From positions 2,170,001 through 2,234,000 of the forward strand of contig JAQFVV010000010.1 of assembly GCA_028023455.1 (NCBI GenBank): 64,000 nt of DNA, written 5' to 3'. This document shows, piece after piece, positions 25,850 through 38,769 of this stretch. How positions within the stretch are numbered: the stretch's first letter is position 1; every line of letters begins with the position of its first letter. The notes below the pieces were generated by a model. That model saw nothing but the letters and a program-made list of their open reading frames with translations. It searched no databases and was not told the DNA's origin. The position numbers and the translations under genes are program-made. Origin of the DNA: Epiperipatus broadwayi. Lineage: Eukaryota > Animalia > Onychophora.

Positions 25850-26082
25850 AACCACTAAACATCACATGATCACCATCTCTTATGCTAGCACATAACTGTT
25901 ATTAAACAGGCAAAACTCTCCATACAGTAGTGCCACCCTGTGCCAACCAGAGTAATCAATGGATGCCAGAAGGTTTGGATGAGTAGGCACTAGATGGGGA
26001 TTTTATGCACAAGCCTTTTGGCATCCATTGATTACTCTGGTTGGCACAGGGTGGCACTACTGTATAGAGAGTTTTGCCTGAT
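25850..26082. repeat. Family A fold-back fragment without HHR core
   Basis: ~70-bp near-identical inverted arms (caggcaaaactctccatacagtagtgccacc...); inversion junction ~25975. Confidence 0.85.
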
Positions 26083-26464
26083 TAAATCTTAATGAGTGCA
26101 TGCATAATGTATATACTCGTACATATATTTCATACATATAAATTGTAAACTATATTTATTTTCATTGTGCAATTTTCATTTATAAATAATCATAAATTGT
26201 AGAGATTGTAAAAAAGATTACTTACTCCAGGTCTTCTTACTGGGTAAAATTGTATTACTATTATGACTGATGTTTCCACCAAATTTTATCTCCAAAATTA
26301 ACTTCAAAGAAAATTAGAAAAAAAAAATTGAAAATGAAGATGGTTATGATTATTTAAGTAAATATTATTTTTTAATTTGAATTAATCAGGTATATTAAAA
26401 GTTCTAAAAAAAAACAAATTTAAAAATTCAATTTTTAAAAAATATATAATTTCTATATGGGCTA

Positions 26465-26731
26465 TATGAATAGTCAGCATTCGTCATCAATAAATATTTT
26501 AAAACTAAGAGCAGTGACCCAAATTTAGATCTTATTTTTAAACAAGCTAACATTGATAGTGCTGGAAATGTAGTGTGATTTTATTAAATAGCTAGATTTT
26601 TAAATCAACTGTTTAATAAAATCATACTCATTTTCCAGCACTGTCAAGAATGTTGGCTTATTAACCTCTAAATATGGGTGGCTACCATATTTTTAAAAAT
26701 ATTTATAAATGAGAAGTGCTGACTATTCATA
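26465..26731. mobile_element. MITE-like element, imperfect full-length palindrome
   Basis: Terminal inverted repeats tatgaatagtcagca / tgctgactattcata; inner arms gatagtgctggaaatg / cattttccagcactgtc. Confidence 0.7.
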
Positions 26732-28669
26732 GTGCATACGTGAAATTTGATTTGCTTTTATCTAAATTATGTATATAAAAATGCTGCTATTAATAATTTC
26801 TGTATATAATGAAGGAACCAATGATTGACAGCAATTATTACTAAAGAAATTAAAATTCAAAAAAATGCTTATTTTTTTAAATAATCAAGGTCAAAATACT
26901 ACCAATCTTATTTTACAGGAATATTTATACTAAAATTAGTAGGATTTTATTATGTAATTTTTTAAAATTGAAGATTAAAAAATTTTTAATTTTCATTTAT
27001 TGTTAATTATTGATTTTTTTCAATTTATCATCATCATTTTAAATCATTATTATTGAATTACAGGATGATCTTCAAGTTTTAATCCAGTTTCTTTAATTCA
27101 TAGCTTCTTCACATTATACTAACAAACAGAAATTATATATTATTTGAAAAGCTAATTTATTAATATATATCAAGAATGCTTAAATATAGTGGAATGTAAA
27201 TTATATGTCATGTGTGAGTGCAATTGGTATGATGTTAATATTTAAAACTGCTTCACTGAGTTTTCAGTACATAGCATTTTTGTCAAAGTTAATCTGAAAT
27301 TTATTATTATAACAAATATATTTACAGAAACTGCTTGTTGTGACTTGCTATAGATTTCAGTCTAGGTAAGCAGTAATTAAATATTAACCCATATTGTTAT
27401 GTATTCACATAATAATTTTTGATATATATTATATATCTATACAAAGATATATAATTTTGAATTTTCAAATTTTATTCAAATTTTTATGTTCTATGCTATT
27501 GATTAATATAACAATGTAAATATGTTATGGTTTAAAAATAGTAATTTTCTTAGATTTGTAAAATTATTATTTACCACTTCATTTTCAGTTTTTTTTGTGT
27601 GTGTGTAATTTTCTTTGTTCTGAAGATGATCAATGAGATTTGTCTAAAATGTCTATTGTAATAGTAATTCTGAATTTCTTTAGTGAAAAGAAAGAAAGAA
27701 AAAAGATGTTTTCTGTAATCTCTAAGATTTATACTAGTTTAAATGAATGCATATGATATAGATTTATTCCTAGAAATTACAACATTGAAAAAATATGCTA
27801 ATGGCTATTAAAATGCATTTTAACTTAATCAAAATTCTTCAGTTAGATCAAGACCACATGTAATCTTTCCTCAAAAGAGATACTTGTACTATAGATTCTA
27901 ATATTAATCATTGCATGATTTTTCTAGTTTATATTTAATCTTTCATAGACAACGAAACATTTTATCAGTGAGATGGATTACTATCTGAATATAAGAACAA
28001 GTTTCTAGCTTTATGACCTTCAAAAGAAAACATAGATACATTGCATTTAATCTTTTTTTTAAAAGGTCAAAAATTCTTGCACTTAAACTAAACTCACTAA
28101 ATTATCTTGGATTAGTGTCAGACCTATATATAATTAAATTAGTTGGGCTTAAGAGTTTAAGCTGTTTAAAATGTTCACATCATTAGTTGAACTAGAAAGA
28201 TTAATGAAATTCACAGAATTAATTAAAACCATATTCTAGAGAGAAAAAACATTGGATCATGGCTAATTATAAATATTCCCATTGATTTACTCATTGCTTT
28301 ATATATTTGATTCTAAAATAAAAAGAGAGATCATTCATACCTGTTAAATATGTTTATTTAAATATTTTCAATTGTTTTTTTAATTTTATCAATGCATTTT
28401 CATCATATTTATTTTTATAAATGTCAAAACATTTCTAAAATAAAATTTACAACAAAGCATTTTATACAATGTTTAATACAAATAATTTCTTTGCAGTCAA
28501 CAAACAAACAATAATCTAATGAAAAATGAATCTAGATACACTAGCTTGCTTAGTTGTATTTTTATATTGAATTATTTCCATCATCTAATATGTGCATTGA
28601 ATGTCTTTAGAAAAAAATAACTTTATTCCAAATACATTCAACTGTTAGTAATAGCACATCAAACAGGTT

Positions 28670-28722
28670 AGTATATGCACAATGTTTCGGAAGGTATTAT
28701 TCTCCCCTCTTCAGATATTGCT
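28670..28722 (-). ncRNA. Hammerhead-like motif in family C pseudo-LTR (degenerate)
   Basis: CUGAAGA-GGGGAGAAUAAUACCUUCC-GAAA-CAUUG-UG; position 17 is G here but A in the ~39.55 kb copy; helix I does not close cleanly. Confidence 0.45.
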
Positions 28723-29083
28723 GGCCTGACCAGTGACAATACTAGCATGTGATTTGAACCTGGATCTTTAGATTCTTGATTATTGAATTTTAAGGTAACT
28801 CTAACCAACTGAGTGATCCTGCCAAAGGCAACAGTCAGTAGAAATTTCATATACTTATCTATGAGGTTTCTTTTGATTTGTCCTCTTTTTCCTAAGAGCA
28901 AAGTTGATTAGTGGTTTTCATACATTATGTATAGTCACACTAGATTGGCTTATGAAATTTTTTGCCATTGTTATGTGAGCAGCTTCTTTAAATTTTCTTC
29001 TTTGTACCTTTTCTTCTCTATGCAATATTTTTGTATTTTCCCCAATAGATAAGTATATGAAATTTCTACTGACTGTTGCCTTT

Positions 29084-29165
29084 GGCAGGATGGCTCATTT
29101 GGTTAGAGCGTTACTTAAAATTCAATAATCAAGAATCTAAGGATCTAGGTTCAAATCCCATACTA
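29084..29165 (+). promoter_or_regulatory. tRNA-derived segment with Pol III A and B boxes inside the family C pseudo-LTR
   Basis: GGCAGGATGGCTCATTTGGTTAGAGCG (A box 29091-29102) and GGTTCAAATCC (B box 29148-29158); other copies supply CTCAGTTGG (~28810) and GGTTCGATTC (~39630). Confidence 0.7.
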
Positions 29166-30195
29166 GTCACTGCCACTGCTCAGGCCATCAACACTTGAAG
29201 AAGGGAGAATAATACCTCTTGAAACATTGTGCATATACTAACCTGTTTGATGTGCTATTACTAACAGTTGAATGTATTTGGAATATTTAAATAAAGTTAA
29301 ATTTTTCTAAAGACATTCAATATACTAACCTGTTTTATGTGCTATTATTAATAGTTGAATATGTTTGGAAGATTTAAATAAAGTTAAATTTTTCTAAAGA
29401 CATTCAATACACATTTTAGAAGATGGAAATAGTCCAATATAACAATACCATTAGAGCACCATCATCACAAACCTTCAGGAAAACATTAACTTGTTTAATT
29501 TTAAACTGCATTAATATATAGAGTTCTCAACTAATTTTTTTACAAGAGTAAATTGCCACAGTTTACAACATTATGAGAAAAAATTTTTAAAAAAAAAGAC
29601 TATTAGTAATTCAGTAAATTAAAAATATATTTCTTCATTAAATGTGAACTATTTCTTTATAACTATTACTTTTTTTTTTTTATTGTGACAAAAGGTACTT
29701 TCTCTGAAATTGTGAGCCTTGTATTGTCATAGTTTATAATTTTATATTTTATCATTATATTAGCTTATTTTACTTAATTTTCGCAAAAAGTTAGCTAAGA
29801 GGTGCTTATTTGCTATCTTTTATAATAACATACCAATAATATTACAAGTTATAACCTCTATAATATATTAATTGCATAATTAGGTATTTACATCTACATA
29901 TATATATTAGATAAAGTAACAGCTTTAAGCTATTTGAATCTATTACTCAAAATTGGGACTCACAGATCTTATGGAAGAAAAAGTAGATTCTTTGGGACTG
30001 GGGGAGGGGTTTTTCTAATTAAAAAAAAAAGATAATCAATCAAATGGTTTATTAAAATAATGGCCGTATATTTATATATTGTCAAGCTATGATTATGTAT
30101 AATTACATTTATTAAATACATTTTGCATATGTATTTTGATATGCTTTATGAAATATATAATTATTTCTTCGCTGTTTTTAGTTTCCCTTCAGCTT

Positions 30196-30318
30196 AATAT
30201 ACTTTCAGTACTATACACCCTTATCATAGTTGTTTTACTTCATTCAGTATGCTGTTTTATAAATTATACTGAATGAAGCAAAATAGTTGGAATTATGGTG
30301 CATAGTATTGAAAATATT
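30196..30318. repeat. Small imperfect hairpin (MITE-like)
   Basis: tttcagtactatacacc / ggtgcatagtattgaaa and ttttacttcattcagtat / atactgaatgaagcaaaa. Confidence 0.65.
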
Positions 30319-30719
30319 AAGCCGAACAGAACACCAAAATCCTCGAAAAAAGAATGGTACATGTCAACATACATATGCAAATTTTATTACACATTATTAG
30401 TGACCTTTAAAACAAAATTGTATTTATTGAACTAATATTTCATTTAATATTTGGAGATTATTAAAAATAAAACACTGCCTTGATCCTCTGACTGGTTACT
30501 TAATAACATCAAATTATTTACATTGTACATAAATCAAATTGGTACTAATGGATTAGCCTGGACACTAAGATTGATTACGGATAATTCTAGAAAATAAAAT
30601 TCATTATATATATATATGTCACATTAATGCAATAATTGTATGTATTTTTTAAAAAATTATACTTACTATCAGATTTTTTAAAAATATATAATCCTGTCTA
30701 ATAATTAATTTATTTAAGC

Positions 30720-31205
30720 CAATAAACATCACATGATCACCACTTCTTATGCTTGCTTATAACTGTTATTAAAACATGCAAAACTCATTATATGTATTGC
30801 CACGCAGCAAGCTAGAACAATCAATGGATGCCAGAAGACTTGTGCATAAAATCCCCATCTAGTGCCTACTCATCCAATATCCCCAGACTAGTTTTTGGCT
30901 TGTGGCCTTCGTCAGTGAGGAGCCTTGGATCTGATAGCACTGAACCTAGATCTTAGGATCTAATGCAACTTTCCAGTAGCCACCTTTTATCTCTACTTAA
31001 CTACAAAACTATGAGTCTTAAATTGAAAATAGCTTAATATTTTCAATCCAAGCTCATCAGCTTATATAGTCATATAGGTCTGAACTCAGTTCAGTATCCA
31101 TACATTTTGGTGTTTTTGGTTCTTTAATAACCATAGCCACCAATATCCTATTAGGCAGGATTGGTTTTAAGTCAATAAACATCACATGATCACCACTTCT
31201 TATGC
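30720..31205 (-). repeat. Family A HHR repeat, ~1.1 units (453-nt period)
   Basis: aataaacatcacatgatcaccacttcttatgc at 30721 and 31174; HHR 30873-30929 reads CCUCA-CUGACGA-A-GGC-CACAA-GCC-A-AAAA-CUAG-UC-UGGGG (G12 changed to A). Confidence 0.9.
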
Positions 31206-32894
31206 TTGTTATTTAGTGCTATAATAAGTTTAATAGCATTCAATGGATAATAGAGAAATTATGTGCAATTTCAAAGTATACCTTTAGTATCAACTCCAGA
31301 AATCTTCAAAAGTGATAACAATACTTCATATTAATTCCAAAGTATTACAACTTCTCTGAGTTCCATTTAATAGTTACATATGATAGTAGTAATGACTATC
31401 TTCATTCCAGGAATATCTTTGGATGCTGCTAATGCCAGATTGGCCTCTAATCATTGATCTTCTTTAATGTAATGACTTTCTGCATCATATTATTCAGCAT
31501 TCATATTATATTTCTTAAGCTGCTGAAGCTAATGAATTAAAATTTTAAAACAACATTGAGTTTTCGATCCAAGATAATTTGCTTAAAAAGACGGGTAACC
31601 AGTTCAAAATTATATGATATATTTCATCTTCTGAAGTCTCATTAACTTCATAAAATTATATTTTACTAAAATAATCCAGTTTTATTTTAATGTTAGAATA
31701 TGTAAAGCTGCTGCAATTATATTTATGTGGATGGTGATTTATCTGGGGATTATTATTTTGAGTCATATTTACATGTAGTTTTTAAAAATGCAATAATTAT
31801 ATTTGTAAAATGACTATCTATTTTGTAAAATAATAAGAATCATAAAAAATTACTTTAATATATATATTTAAAGCACATGGGCCTAATTTAATTAGCAGTT
31901 TTTATCTGTCTCTATAGATCTCAATGTGATTGTTTTATATAATATATTTTCAACCATTTCTAGGTGTTACTTTTTGAATCATCTTAATATTATTAAGCCA
32001 TACATTCACTTTTGATATGTCTTAATTAACATTTAATAATTTCAATTAATTTTTGATCTACTGAAACCAAATTATGTTTATTAAATTTTCCAAACATATA
32101 GAAAGTTACTTCATCGCTTAACAAAATTTTGATAATTATATTTACATGTTAAGTTTGATTATTAAGTTAGCCATCTGTTACTATTCTATATGAATAATAT
32201 TACCTTCTTGTAAATGTTGCAAGATTTTTTTTTTTAAATCATAATGTAGAATTATACAAATTATTATCTAATAGAATTATTGATCTGAAATACTCTCACA
32301 ATCAATAATTAAAAGTTTTCTTCAAATGCTTTTTGAACAGATACACATTTTTGTGAGATCTTCTTTCATCAGTTCTTATAAATTTGTTTAACTGATTTAT
32401 AAATAATCTTGTCAGTAAACTCTTTTATTGTGCATTCTTTAAAACTTTCTCTTATTTTATACTCTTCAACTCTTTCAATATGTATGTTACTACATAAATT
32501 TATTAATAATGGTATGATAAAAAAATAAAAGAAATAAAACTTGATATAGAATAATTATACTGTGTGCGCTGGTCAAACAGAATCCATTTGACCTAAATTT
32601 TTACACAAGAAGCACATATTATTAATGCAGTACAACAATTTTTTAAAATATCTTTGATTCATCAAAATAGTAACTATAGAATACCCTGCATGAGACATGA
32701 AACAGTATAAAATATTAATAGTTAGAGATATCAAATATTTTAATTTAATATTTTAATCTCCTATTCCCAATACAAATATAAATGCTGAAGATAAATATTA
32801 AGATTTATAATTATGTCACAAACACGTAATATTTACAATGGCATATCCATATACATCTATTAACCAGGCAAAAAAAGTTAAATAAAGTTTGAAT

Positions 32895-33100
32895 AGGATA
32901 TATCATAATGATATCAAGAGAAAGATCAAGGAAGCTTGTTTTATTACCAGCGACACCAACTCTATAAATAGAAAAGACACTTGCTTTGCCATTTCCAGAA
33001 AATGGATAATATAAAAAATATTTTTGCATATAATTACATTGACAATCTACAAGGCTATGATTATGGAGTAACGAAACTCTAAAAATGCTCAGCCTAAACA
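32895..33100 (+). mobile_element. PLE 3' remnant related to family D
   Basis: HNDIKRKIKEACFITSDTNSINRKDTCFAISRKW resembles HDLKRKVKEACFILMDCNAINRKDTCFTKSRKW of ORF 38421-38606. Confidence 0.7.
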
Positions 33101-35289
33101 AATTATTATATGAAATAGTTTCACCTTCAATGCTTGGCATTAGCATATTATTAATTAAAAATATCTAATAATAAAAAAAGAATGCAGAATTTGGAAAAAA
33201 CCTTTTAGTATTTTTAATGAAGAATAGTGTTATTCATTTATTTTATCTCCACACACTTTTTATAAAAATAATTACAAACCTTTTACATATATATAATAAC
33301 TTTAAATTATTGCAACTATAGATAATCCAAATGATTTAACAAGCAAAACATTAAAGGTACTGCTGAAATGTAATTTTAATAAATGCATAACTGAATCAAA
33401 AAATGCTAAAACAGTGTTTTCCACAAAAACCTATCCTTATAAGCATAGCTAATTAGTTATTTATTCATTAAAATTGTAGTATTATCATTATTTTTTAAAT
33501 ATTTAATTTAAATAGATATATAATACAATTGTTTTAACTTATTAATATATTTAAGAATGTTTTACAACAAAAGTACATTTTCTTTCTATGATAATAAACA
33601 TTAAAAAATTAACTAAATGCAATTAACTGCCACAATATCACAAAAAAAATAAATCAGGTATTCCTTTATATTATAAGCTAAAACATTGTATTGCACAATA
33701 GCTTAATGCATATAAGAAAACAGCATATATATAAAACTGCATGATAGTTCTTATTTGACACATTACTTGGATTTTCTTGACAAAATGAATATGTGTATGA
33801 ATATGGATCTTTCTTTATATTTATGGTCATAACAATAGAAATGGATTGTAGATGTCATATTCCAGAGGCTATGATAGTTTTTTACCAAGGCAGGAATTGG
33901 TAACTAAAAGCACAATACACTAAAAAATTGCCAAAATTATGAACTGATGTGTTTTCAGAAATAATTATTTATTTAGCTGCCTACTATTGTACATGACAAC
34001 TTCAAAGAAGAACTATCTTACATTTAATAAGACTTTATTAGAAACTTGCAGGAAAGATAAAGACAATTTATTCAAAATGTGAATATACTTTATTATAAAG
34101 GCACAAATATTGGAGTCAACTGAATTGAGTTTCATTATAAATAAAGATGAAAGAACACTATTGTTGAGATCAATGATATATCATATAGAATGACAAAATT
34201 TTCAACTTAATGTAAAATAGCAAATGCAAATATTTTAAGGTTAACTCCACCAAATTTTTATTTTAATGAGAAAGTAAAGCAATTTTATATAAATGTATAA
34301 AAAAAAATTTCATCAGATCAAATATTTTAAAATGCCATAAGAAATTTTAATATTATTTTGAATAAAAAAGTAAATCATGCAATTAAGTCTATGAATAGTG
34401 GAAAATCTTCCAGCAAATAACAGAAACCATAGACATTTTAAAAGTAAATGAAAAAAAAAGTCAAATGACTGGAAAATATCATTAATAGAATGAATATTTA
34501 AAGAAATAATAAAAAAAAAAAGATATTAGACATTATAAACTTATTATTTACCTATCAATTTTATCTAAGATTTTTGCTGAGAGCATTACAAATTGCCTAT
34601 AAATGAACCTTAGTCTATCAAACAAAAAAGATAATTTAAAAGTGGTTAGAGGATAATAAACAGAGAATTTAAATACTAAAAGAAATTGTAGAAAGATTAA
34701 CTGAGTATGAGTTATGATTTTCAATGCAAAATGATATTTAAAGATTATGGAATGGCATTTAAGTATAAGCATTTTTACTATAATTAAAGTGTTGGAATAT
34801 GTTATATCACAATCTGAAAAATATTTATCAAAATACTACTGATAATATGAAAATGGAAAGGATAATTCCATTTCTCCTAAACTTTTTATTTCATATATTT
34901 TTAGGTAAATTAAAATTATTTAAATCATTTAGATTTTGAAAATAATTAAGAAATATTTGAGACTAATCAGATGAAAATAATAAACTATCATTTAAGATTA
35001 ATGCTAAAAAGAGTAGTATTCACTTCTTGAGAGGTTAATAAAGATTGATGGGAATAAATTTGAATAAGCTAATAACTATAAATACTTTGATCAAATAAAA
35101 TAAAAAAAATGTTTATTGCTTGTGAATTTATAAGAAAGTAGTGGAAGTGACAGAACTGTGCCATAATTAATTCTCCCTCTAGTACTTTATCAAATTATTA
35201 GTACAGATAATACTAGTATGTAGAAATAGGTCTATAAATTTGAAAAGAAATATTTTTATTGTGTTTTTCCAAGTATATTTTGACAGCTA

Positions 35290-35920
35290 ATTAAAATAAA
35301 CTGCAAATCATGCAGCGAAATATATGAGGAATAATAATTTACTCTCAAGTTCCTAATCCTTTGGCATACAAGACCCAGTAATTTGTCAGAGATTCTAAGC
35401 ATTTTGTAGAAAGTGTATTCACAAATATACCATGTGAAGGAGCATTGTATTTTGTAAGGAAAAGATTAATGTTAATAGCAGCTAAAAAACTAGAACAATT
35501 CTTCTTATTGATAATATAATGGAACTATTAACATTCTGCATATCAATACAATGTGAAATTCTTCCAACAAAATCAAGGGTTTGCTGTAGGTTCACCATTG
35601 GCCACTCCTGATATTAATATTTACATGTAAGCACCATTACAAACATTCTGGGCAAACATCAATAGTATATTCCTTTCAATTAAATTCATAATAGAATCAG
35701 AACAAGAAAAATTAGCATTCTTAGATACTCTTGTGATGACTCTCTCAAAGCAAAATCAAAAATTCAGTTTACATAAAATGCACCCATACAAGAAATACTT
35801 GGTATATAAATCCAATCATTCCAGATAGACAAAACATGGATTATACTATCACTGTATTAGAGCAAAAAATGTTTGTTCAAACACAAGAAATTAAAAATGT
35901 ATGAAATGATAAGTGAAATA
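35290..35920 (+). mobile_element. Decayed PLE reverse transcriptase fragment
   Basis: FVRDSKHFVES, KFFQQNQGFAVGSPLA and SIKFIIESEQEKLAFLDTLV match PLE RT motifs. Confidence 0.7.
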
Positions 35921-36197
35921 TTATTAAAAGATTTGAAACTGCAATGGAGCTCATTATGTTAGAAAAGATGAGAATAAATGGTTATCTAAAGTCTTAAATG
36001 AAGTTTCAAGAAATTTTTAAAAATCTGAAAAAGAATCGTGTATAAGTTAGATATTTTATGGAAAATTTAATCCTGATTTGAATGGATTATAATTGTAAAT
36101 GAAAATATACATAGTTTACACACATATGGCATTAAAGAATGGCTTCCAACATTTTCCTTTTATCTACTAAATATAATTTTTTTGCCTTAAAATTATT

Positions 36198-36311
36198 ATT
36201 ATTTTTTTCATATGTCATAGCATCGGCCAGGATGCGAACTCACAACCATCTGCAACCAATTACTTGCTTGCAAGGCGGCTGCGATGACCACTCGGCTAAC
36301 AATGCTTGACG
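36198..36311 (-). mobile_element. Young ~115-bp tRNA-derived SINE or retro-pseudogene with 15-bp target-site duplication
   Basis: TAGCCGAGTGGT A box, GAGTTCGCATCC B box, A-rich tail; tgccttaaaattatt duplicated at 36183-36197 and 36312-36326; CpGs retained. Confidence 0.75.
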
Positions 36312-37800
36312 TGCCTTAAAATTATTCATCTTATTTTATGCAGATTCTTAGAAAAATTATTATAATATCAAACAGCCAGGAAGTTTGTCATTATGTAAAA
36401 GACATTAATATACATTGGTCATTGCATATTTGAAGCCATTTTGAATTTTCAGTATATTTTTTAAATTTCACTCTCATTTCTTTTAATTAGTAGATCCAAT
36501 CAGCCTTACAATTTGAACTAATATAGATTTTACAGTAAGTATATTTCTATTTTTTTCGATAATTAAAATTCAAAAAGGAAAATTGTATTAATCATAAACT
36601 TATATGTTAGCATTTTTATGCAATATTTGAAATAATTTTGTAAATCAATATCAGTTACTTTATAGGAAAAATATTTACTGAGTGTTTTTAAAATCAATGT
36701 TCTCTGCATCAGAGAAATACCCTTAATGACTAGTTAATTTATTAAAGTATAATTTAATTTGTATAAAATTATTTGACATTTGTTTTCTCTAACTATTGGA
36801 AGAATTTGAGACATGAAAAAAGTGCGTGAAAATATAACAAAGAATGCTTATATCAGATATAAAATAGTTGTTCTGATAAAGAAAGACAGAGATTGTAATT
36901 TTTACCAGCTATTAATTAATAGCTCTTTTATAAAAAGTGCTTAATAATAAAAGATTTAAATATATTAATTATAATTTTAAATATAATTATCATTGCAGAA
37001 TAATGTTCCTGCCATTCAGTATTAATCATCTCAATAAATAAATGTTAAGATATTTATTATAGGTTTTTATAATAACAAAATATATACATAGTTTTTGAGT
37101 AAAGGTTCACCTCCATTACTTTGTGAAAGTTTAGTTGTTAATGGAACTACTAGTACTGGGAAATGAATGCTGAGATTTACCATTTGAATTCTGACCCTTC
37201 TAACCCACATGTTCTTGCCTAATGTATAGGTGCAATGATGACAGTAGCTAGCAGCTTTCTGATCCAGGCAAAAGTATGCCTCACTGCATTCTAAGTAGTG
37301 GACAATAAGCTTTCTATTGTTTGATTACCCTTTCAAATGGGTCTCCATTATTCAGCCATATTCTCATCCTTATTGAAAACAATTGGATTCATTGACCTAG
37401 TTCTATAATTGGCCTTTTTATGCCACTGGCTATTTATTTTTTCATTGCTATTTGTTAATCAACTATATTGTAAATTCTAATTGATCTTGATACATTATAG
37501 TTCGAAGAAGTTCATTATTTGAGGGTAAATTTAAGATGACCACAACATTCTCACCCACTGGAGAAAGTTATTTTTGGAGTACATAGTTCTTACAATAACT
37601 TGGTGAGTGTCTAAATTTTTTTTTGTTTGTTTTATCTTTTGGGCTGATTTCATTATCATTCAAAATTTCAACAACCATTTTATGTTGATCTTGTATATTT
37701 ATAATTGTTACTGGAACTCATTTGCTGGGTCCCATTGTATAATACTTAGATATCATTGTAATTCAAATCTAACACAAAAACTTTCCGTGCGAATAAAAAT

Positions 37801-38765
37801 ACTTGTAAAATAATATAGGCGCTATTGCACCTGAATGCAAAGCTATTTTATACTTAAAACAAAATAAAATTATACTATTCTGCGAGCACTTTCAAGAGAC
37901 GTGCTCTCATCTTCATAGCTCTAAGTGAATTAATTATATGCAATTATGCAAAGTTCAAGGTTAATTGCTCCATTTTCTTGATATTGTGAAACATGTGTCT
38001 TTGCAGTTGATGGCATTGCAATCCATCGATATGAAGCAGGCCACCTTCACTTTTCTTATCAAATCATGCCTTTCTTTGCAGACCAGGCTGACATCTTGAG
38101 GTTCACACTGGTGTCCTGTTATTTTTTGATGAATTGCAAAAATTGAATAACGTGATGGATATGACTGAGCTTTAATATACGCATATTTATGTTGTTGTAA
38201 TCTGGTTTTTATTGCTGCCTTGGTCTCCCCATAATATGAGAATCTACAATTTACATGAGTGCATGCAATATTATAAACGGCTTGAGGTGTTTGAGACAGT
38301 GCAAATTTATCTTTAGTCTTGTTAAGCAATCTGTTAGAGCTGGGGGGGGGGGGGTACGGAAAGTTAGTTGAAACTGTCTGTTAAATATTTCATAAATTTT
38401 TTTATATAAATTAGGAATGTATGGCAGCAGCAATTCATCAAAAAATAACAGGACACCAGTGTGAACCTCAAGATGTCAGCCTGGTCTGCAAAGAAAGGCA
38501 CGATTTGAAAAGAAAAGTGAAGGAGGCCTGCTTCATATTGATGGATTGCAATGCCATCAACCGCAAGGACACATGTTTCACAAAATCAAGAAAATGGAGC
38601 AATTAACCTTGAACTTTGCATAATTGCATATAATTAATTCACTTAGAGCTATGAAGATGAGAGCACGTCTCTTGAAAGCGCTCGCAGAATAATATAATTT
38701 TATTTTGTTTTAAGTATAAAATAGCTTTGCATTCAGGTGCAATAGCGCCTACATTATTTTACAAA
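37801..38765. mobile_element. Young 5'-truncated PLE with inverted duplication (family D); GIY-YIG endonuclease ORF 37961-38329 (-)
   Basis: AVYNIACTHVNCRFSYYGETKAAIKTRLQQH is a GIY-YIG motif; upstream LPYIPNL linker; arms 37801-38138 and 38427-38765 nearly identical. Confidence 0.85.
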
Positions 38766-38769
38766 TACT

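Larger units (their letters stand above)
28553..29480. mobile_element. Penelope-like element 3' end with inverted pseudo-LTR (family C, copy 1)
   Basis: Minus strand 29045-28860 encodes ENTKILHREEKVQRRKFKEAAHITMAKNFISQSSVTIHNV*KPLI (PLE GIY-YIG C-terminus), followed by a terminal repeat to ~28553; an inverted copy of that repeat runs 29046-~29450. Confidence 0.8.

Noticed and set aside
27326-27370. Possible L3HYPDH exon or 12-nt microexon (tag|atttcagtctag|gtaag, encoding DFSL)
   Set aside because: The longer version has an in-frame stop; the short version lacks a polypyrimidine tract and is too short to support by similarity.
36220-36305. Functional tRNA gene
   Set aside because: The T-stem does not pair and the element has an A-rich tail and TSDs, indicating retroposition.
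37100-37780. Possible transposase remnant (also ~33820-34200 and 44560-45060 as a possible solo LTR)
   Set aside because: No diagnostic motif or terminal repeat was recognised.
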